64,000 bases of DNA from positions 136,058 to 200,057 of the forward strand of contig JARLIG010000009.1 of assembly GCA_031291825.1 (NCBI GenBank), read 5' to 3'. Below the pieces are notes generated by a model. The model had not been told where the DNA came from. It worked only from the letters and a program-made list of their open reading frames with translations, and did not search any database. Shown here piece by piece: positions 59,553 through 64,000 of the stretch (position 1 is the stretch's first letter; each line of letters starts with the position of its first letter). This DNA is from Minisyncoccota bacterium (GTDB lineage: Bacteria; Patescibacteriota; Minisyncoccia; Phycocordibacterales; UBA9973). A program made the translations under genes and the position numbers.

Positions 59553-59589
59553 TTTAATATTTTTACTTGCTTATTATACGATTTTATAC

Positions 59590-60516
59590 TTAATCTTTCA
59601 ATCCCACGTCTATTGCATTTGCTAACGTATTAATAGAAGTTCCCAGAACTACGGTGTTTGTTTCATACTTACTTATCCCGCTGAACGAAACCAGTGGGTC
59701 ATTGTTGTATTGTTGTATGTCGTTTAGATTTTCAATCACCTCTTCTAGTGAGTTTATAACACTCAAATGGGCAACTGCTAAAGATTGTGGAACTTCTGTT
59801 TTTAGCATTCCGTTCAGCATAGTACTTAATACTTTGATAGTTGGGCTAAGTTCTGGTAATACAGTTGGGTCTACGTTGTTCCCTGTGTCGTCTGGGGCAA
59901 ATTGTTGCAATACGTCCATTACGGAAGGTTTTACATATGTTTTTGGAAAAAAGACATCTAACGCATCACTATATTTTTTTATTGATTTTGTACCATTGTC
60001 ATTGCTAATTTTTAAGTCGGACAACGAATATATTTTTTTTTGTGGAGAATTCTGTACATTATTTTCCAATGTGTTGGTTATTTGATCTGCTGTAGCTTGG
60101 TCCATATTACCATTAGCATCTATCGCGCCAGTTTGTGTTAGTGTTGTAAGTGTCGCAAGAAACTCTCTGGAAAATTGGTCAGTTTGTGTCAAACTAGAAC
60201 TGGAGCCTTCGACGTTTGCCTGACCGCCTGCCTCTTGTTCTTGCTCTTGTTCCAACTTTGCGATTGTCACACTGTCTGGAACTCCAGGAACATTTTCTGT
60301 CTTTGTGGGGTCGAGTCCAAATAGAATCTTTTTCCAATCAGGTATACCATCTCCTGTGGTGCTTTTGTTGACCAAGTCCGCCACCGTTTCGTTGCCGTAG
60401 GTTAATCCAGATTGTTGATTTCCACTAATGTAACTGATTGTATTTTTGAATAGATTTTTATTTTTTACACAAAAAATTACAACGACAAAAAGAATTGCAG
60501 AAGCAACCCAAATCAC
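59590..60516 (-). CDS. Membrane-anchored protein with a thrombospondin type 3-like Ca-binding motif
   Basis: N-terminal TM; GDGIPDW...GLDP. Confidence 0.55.
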   Translation of the reverse strand: MIWVASAILFVVVIFCVKNKNLFKNTISYISGNQQSGLTYGNETVADLVNKSTTGDGIPDWKKILFGLDPTKTENVPGVPDSVTIAKLEQEQEQEAGGQANVEGSSSSLTQTDQFSREFLATLTTLTQTGAIDANGNMDQATADQITNTLENNVQNSPQKKIYSLSDLKISNDNGTKSIKKYSDALDVFFPKTYVKPSVMDVLQQFAPDDTGNNVDPTVLPELSPTIKVLSTMLNGMLKTEVPQSLAVAHLSVINSLEEVIENLNDIQQYNNDPLVSFSGISKYETNTVVLGTSINTLANAIDVGLKD

Positions 60517-60569
60517 TCTTTTTTGTTTTGACCAATTTAATTTAGTTATGCAGTGATTATATCATTTTC

Positions 60570-61406
60570 CTATTGTTTGGCTAGTGAAATCCAGTCTTCT
60601 AATGCTAAGTCTTCCGCTCTTTTATTGCCCAAACTTTCTATTAAAATGCTATTTTTATAATTTTTAAGAGATTTTAGATTACTGGAGAGTTTTTTTCTCT
60701 TATGTGCGAAACCAGCCTTCACTGTTTCCCAAAATTTTTCTTCGTTTACTTCATTTTTTTCAAAAACTTGTCGAGAAATATTTTTTATGACAATAATTGC
60801 CGAGTCAACCTTCGGAGCGGGTGAAAAATATCGTGCTCCAACCTTCATTACCATTTTCGGTTCCCCGTAAGCCTTCACTGAAACCGAAAGGATGCTTTCT
60901 TTCTTATCCGAAGCTACAATTCTTTTAGCAACTTCGTGCTGTACCATCAAAACCATTCGTTCTGGCTGATTTTTTTCTGTTAAAAATTTTTTCAAAATGG
61001 CACCAGTAATGTTGTAGGGAATATTGGCGATAATCTTGTAAGAAAACAGTTTTGAGTTTTTTAAATGGTCTGGCTGGGATAGGGACCCAGAGGACCGAGG
61101 ACCTTTAAAAAATTCCAAAACTGTTTTCTTAGGATCAAATTCTAAAATGTCATCATTTATTAAAATTAATTTTTTTTCTGTAATTTCTTTTACAAATTTT
61201 TCTTTCAAAAATTCAAAAAGCTCACGGTCTTTTTCTACCGCAACCACAACTCCAGCTTTCTCCAAAAGTTTTTCGGTCAACGCGCCCTTGCCTGGACCAA
61301 TCTCTAGGATTATGTCGTCGGTTTTTATTTCTCCAGCTTCAATAATTTTATTTAGAGCTAATTCTGACTTTAAAAAATTTTGCCCTAATGATTTTTTTGC
61401 TTTCAT
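60570..61406 (-). CDS. rsmA: 16S rRNA dimethyladenosine transferase
   Basis: KKSLGQNFL, EIGPGKG, ANIPYNIT, PAPKVDS. Confidence 0.97.
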   Translation of the reverse strand: MKAKKSLGQNFLKSELALNKIIEAGEIKTDDIILEIGPGKGALTEKLLEKAGVVVAVEKDRELFEFLKEKFVKEITEKKLILINDDILEFDPKKTVLEFFKGPRSSGSLSQPDHLKNSKLFSYKIIANIPYNITGAILKKFLTEKNQPERMVLMVQHEVAKRIVASDKKESILSVSVKAYGEPKMVMKVGARYFSPAPKVDSAIIVIKNISRQVFEKNEVNEEKFWETVKAGFAHKRKKLSSNLKSLKNYKNSILIESLGNKRAEDLALEDWISLAKQ

Positions 61407-61414
61407 ATTTTTTA

Positions 61415-61540
61415 AATAAAATTCGTTGCAGGTATACTTTTTGTAGAGCCTTGCGCAGGGCGACGGCCCGAGCAGAGCAATTTTTCATCAGAAAAATATG
61501 TGTGCTCTACCAAAAAGTTGTACCAAAAAAGAATTTTATT
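61415..61540 (+). repeat. Palindromic element, family A (intergenic)
   Basis: Core TGC-GCA-GG-GC-GACG-GC-CC-GA-GCA inside GTAGAGC/GCTCTAC and long outer arms. Confidence 0.8.
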
Positions 61541-61542
61541 AA

Positions 61543-63636
61543 TCATAAATAAATTGTTTTTATGCCGCTAGCCTCACCTTCCTTTTCTAATAAATCTGCT
61601 GGGATGTCGCTGATAAATTCTGATGGCGCGTTGATGTTGCGAGAGCCGAAAATTGTGCGGAAATTTGCAAACGACAAAAACAATTTTTCCTTCGCGCGAG
61701 TGATGGCCACATAAAAAAGCCTTCGCTCCTCTTCTTTGTCTTCCCCTTCTCCGCTGTTGTTTTGTCTTTGGTGTGGGAAAAGTCCATCTTCCAGTCCAGT
61801 GACAAAAACATATTTAAATTCAAGGCCTTTTGAGGCATGCACTGTCATCAATTTTATTCCGTTAGAGGCAGAGAGTCGCTGCGAGCCCTCGCGGCCTCTA
61901 ACGGGATTCTCTGAATTTATCATTAAACTATCTTGGTCGGAAGCGAGCGAAGCGTCTTCCAAAAGTTTTTCTACCCCTCTATAATTTCCTTCTGCATTTT
62001 CTAAATTATCGTATTTAAGTGCTAGTGTCGCCAGCTCTTTAATATTTTCGAGTCTTTCCAAGTCTTCTTCTCCGCCAGCTTGTAATTCTTGCTCAATGCC
62101 AGACTTCTTGACCACAAATTTTATCACTTCACTTACTTTTAAGGTTTTCCCTCCAGAGGAGGATCCAGATATTTTTTCTTTTATTTCTTCCAGAGTTTCA
62201 TAAAAATTATTAATTTTTAGACGCATTTTTATTGGTAGATTTTCTGTTTCATTGGCAAATATTTTTAGCAAAGTTACTTTTCCGATGCCTCGCGCTGGAA
62301 AATTTATTATTCTTTTAATGTCTGACAAGCTGTCTTTGTTTAAGGCTGCGCGCAAGTATGCCAAAGTATCTTTGATTTCTTTTCTTTCAAAAAATTTCAC
62401 ACCCAAGACTTGATATGGAATATTATAACGCAGCATCGCTTCTTCCAGCGCGCGGGATTGGAAATTTGCACGATAAAGTACGGCGATTTCAAACAACCCA
62501 GAAAATCTTTCCTTCTCGGGGTCGCTGTCTGTGCGTGCTCGCACAGCGCTCCCTCTCGGCGCGTCCGCCTGCGAGAGACCCCGTGAAGAAAAATTTTTCG
62601 GGTTGTCTATGATCTCCAAAATTTTTGTCGCGACAAACTCCGCTTCATCCGTCTCATCCATCGCTTCATAGAGTCCTATTTTCTCTCCTACCACATTGTC
62701 GGTAAATAAATTTTTGTCTGGTCGGTAGACATTTTTTTTAATTATTTCGTTGGCCGCCTCCAAAATATTTTTGGTAGAACGATAATTTTGTTCCAATAAA
62801 ATTATTTTTGCATTCGGATAATCTTTTTCAAAATTTAAAATATTTTTCAAATTTGCCCCACGCCAAGAATATATGTTTTGGTCTGCATCGCCGACCACGC
62901 AAATATTTCTATTTTTTTCTGAAAGCAATTTTGACATCAGATACTGCACTTCATTGGTGTCTTGATACTCATCGATATGAATATATTCCCACTTATCTTG
63001 ATAAAATTCTCTAACTTCTTTGTTTTCTTTCAGCAATTTTGTCGCTTTTAAAAGTAAGTCGTCAAAATCCAACGAATTTTCTTTCATTTTTTGTTTTTCG
63101 TATAAATTCCAAACCTGAGAAACTATTTTACTTAAAGTGTTGTTTTGTCCTTCGGCGTATTCTGTTAAGTGAATAAATTTTCCCTTCTCGCGCGAGATAA
63201 TATTTTTTATCTTCTTCGGGTCGTATTGTTTTGGATCTATCCCCAGACTTTTCATTATTTCTTTTATCATTCCGGTCGCATCCGATTCGTCCAGAATGGT
63301 AAAATATCTAGTTAGTCCGAGCAACCTAGCATTTTCTTTAATAATGTAAACTCCCAAAGAGTGAAAAGTGCTGACAAAAGGAATTGTATTTTGCCCTTTG
63401 GCGTTTTTTTGAATTTCCGCAATTATTCTTTCTCGCATTTCTTTGGCGGCTTTATTTGTAAACGTGACTGCTAATATTTTTTCTGGGGCAATCCCGTGCT
63501 TTATCAAGTTTACAATTCGATGCGTGATTGTTTTAGTCTTTCCCGCTCCCGCTCCCGCGACAATAAGAAGCGGACCCGTCATATGCAGAGCCGCTTCTTT
63601 TTGTTCACTATTTAATCCGTTTAGATGGTCTTCCAT
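61543..63636 (-). CDS. pcrA: UvrD/PcrA ATP-dependent DNA helicase
   Basis: AGAGAGKT, IDEYQDTN, QNYRS, TVHASKGLEF, EERRLFYVAITRA. Confidence 0.95.
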   Translation of the reverse strand: MEDHLNGLNSEQKEAALHMTGPLLIVAGAGAGKTKTITHRIVNLIKHGIAPEKILAVTFTNKAAKEMRERIIAEIQKNAKGQNTIPFVSTFHSLGVYIIKENARLLGLTRYFTILDESDATGMIKEIMKSLGIDPKQYDPKKIKNIISREKGKFIHLTEYAEGQNNTLSKIVSQVWNLYEKQKMKENSLDFDDLLLKATKLLKENKEVREFYQDKWEYIHIDEYQDTNEVQYLMSKLLSEKNRNICVVGDADQNIYSWRGANLKNILNFEKDYPNAKIILLEQNYRSTKNILEAANEIIKKNVYRPDKNLFTDNVVGEKIGLYEAMDETDEAEFVATKILEIIDNPKNFSSRGLSQADAPRGSAVRARTDSDPEKERFSGLFEIAVLYRANFQSRALEEAMLRYNIPYQVLGVKFFERKEIKDTLAYLRAALNKDSLSDIKRIINFPARGIGKVTLLKIFANETENLPIKMRLKINNFYETLEEIKEKISGSSSGGKTLKVSEVIKFVVKKSGIEQELQAGGEEDLERLENIKELATLALKYDNLENAEGNYRGVEKLLEDASLASDQDSLMINSENPVRGREGSQRLSASNGIKLMTVHASKGLEFKYVFVTGLEDGLFPHQRQNNSGEGEDKEEERRLFYVAITRAKEKLFLSFANFRTIFGSRNINAPSEFISDIPADLLEKEGEASGIKTIYL
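62493..62606 (-). repeat. Palindromic element, family A, in frame inside pcrA
   Basis: 114 bp; core CTC-GCA-GG-CG-GACG-CG-CC-GA-GAG; arms ACAACCC/GGGTTGT. Confidence 0.8.
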
Positions 63637-63663
63637 GTTTTACCATCTTAACATATAAAGAAT

Positions 63664-64000
63664 TTATTTTTGTAGGCTTTCTTCAAATTTATCCAGTCTT
63701 CCTTCTGCCATTATTTTTTCTAGAGCGCGCCCCATATAGTGTTTTGCGTTTTCACCCCCTATTCCAAAAATTCCTTTTTCTGGTTTTAAGCCTGAAGCAG
63801 CTCTTAGTTGGTCAAAATATTTTATCAAGTGGTCGGTTCCTTTTGCATGGTCTAGTATTGCACTGGCTTTCATGCCCCCTAGAGAGTCGGACATGATTCC
63901 TGAATCAGTTCCAAAAAGTATTTCCATATTTTTGTAACTTACTTCACAAATTTTTTTCAAATTTTCATATCCCAAATGATATATATCTTTTTTACCGATG
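63664..64000 (-). CDS. Hypothetical protein (partial; frame open to window end)
   Basis: Reading frame continues upstream of 63975 without a stop. Confidence 0.55.
   Translation of the reverse strand, partial: IGKKDIYHLGYENLKKICEVSYKNMEILFGTDSGIMSDSLGGMKASAILDHAKGTDHLIKYFDQLRAASGLKPEKGIFGIGGENAKHYMGRALEKIMAEGRLDKFEESLQK

Noticed and set aside
1-64000. CRISPR array or cas genes
   Set aside because: No regularly spaced direct repeats with unique spacers and no cas-like ORFs seen.
1-64000. Alternative genetic code (UGA=Gly as in Gracilibacteria/SR1)
   Set aside because: Conserved genes are full length in code 11 and some end in TGA (pcrA, ABC exporter 17680-19419).

Overview
Low-GC bacterial chromosomal window (standard code; TGA used as stop) that includes the replication-origin region (dnaN-dnaA-rpmH-rnpA-yidD-yidC-jag). 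Gene content and style point to a Patescibacteria/CPR (Parcubacteria-like) genome; this is an inference. It holds two MacAB-type ABC exporter clusters around tRNA-Arg(GCG) and an ECF sigma unit, a DNA repair block (ruvABC, mutM, uvrABC, polA, pcrA), tyrS, a class A PBP, and a VirB4/PrgI/VirB6-like/pilin cluster. Main signals: (1) A complete diversity-generating retroelement at 12.9-15.4 kb. TR and VR align over 111 bp with 16 mismatches, all at TR adenines. Its avd gene is inverted, divergent from RT, and out of frame at a C9 tract, a candidate phase-variation switch. (2) Dispersed GC-rich hairpin elements, four of them sharing a covarying core (GCA-GG-NN-GRCG-N'N'-CC-GA). They occur between genes and as in-frame insertions in uvrA, uvrB, uvrC, polA, rsmA and pcrA. 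(3) A ~124 bp element at the tRNA-Arg 3' end carrying an antisense T-arm copy. (4) A 6S-like candidate ncRNA. (5) A pilin-L,D-transpeptidase fusion. (6) Pervasive leaderless-type promoters and two unannotated microproteins.
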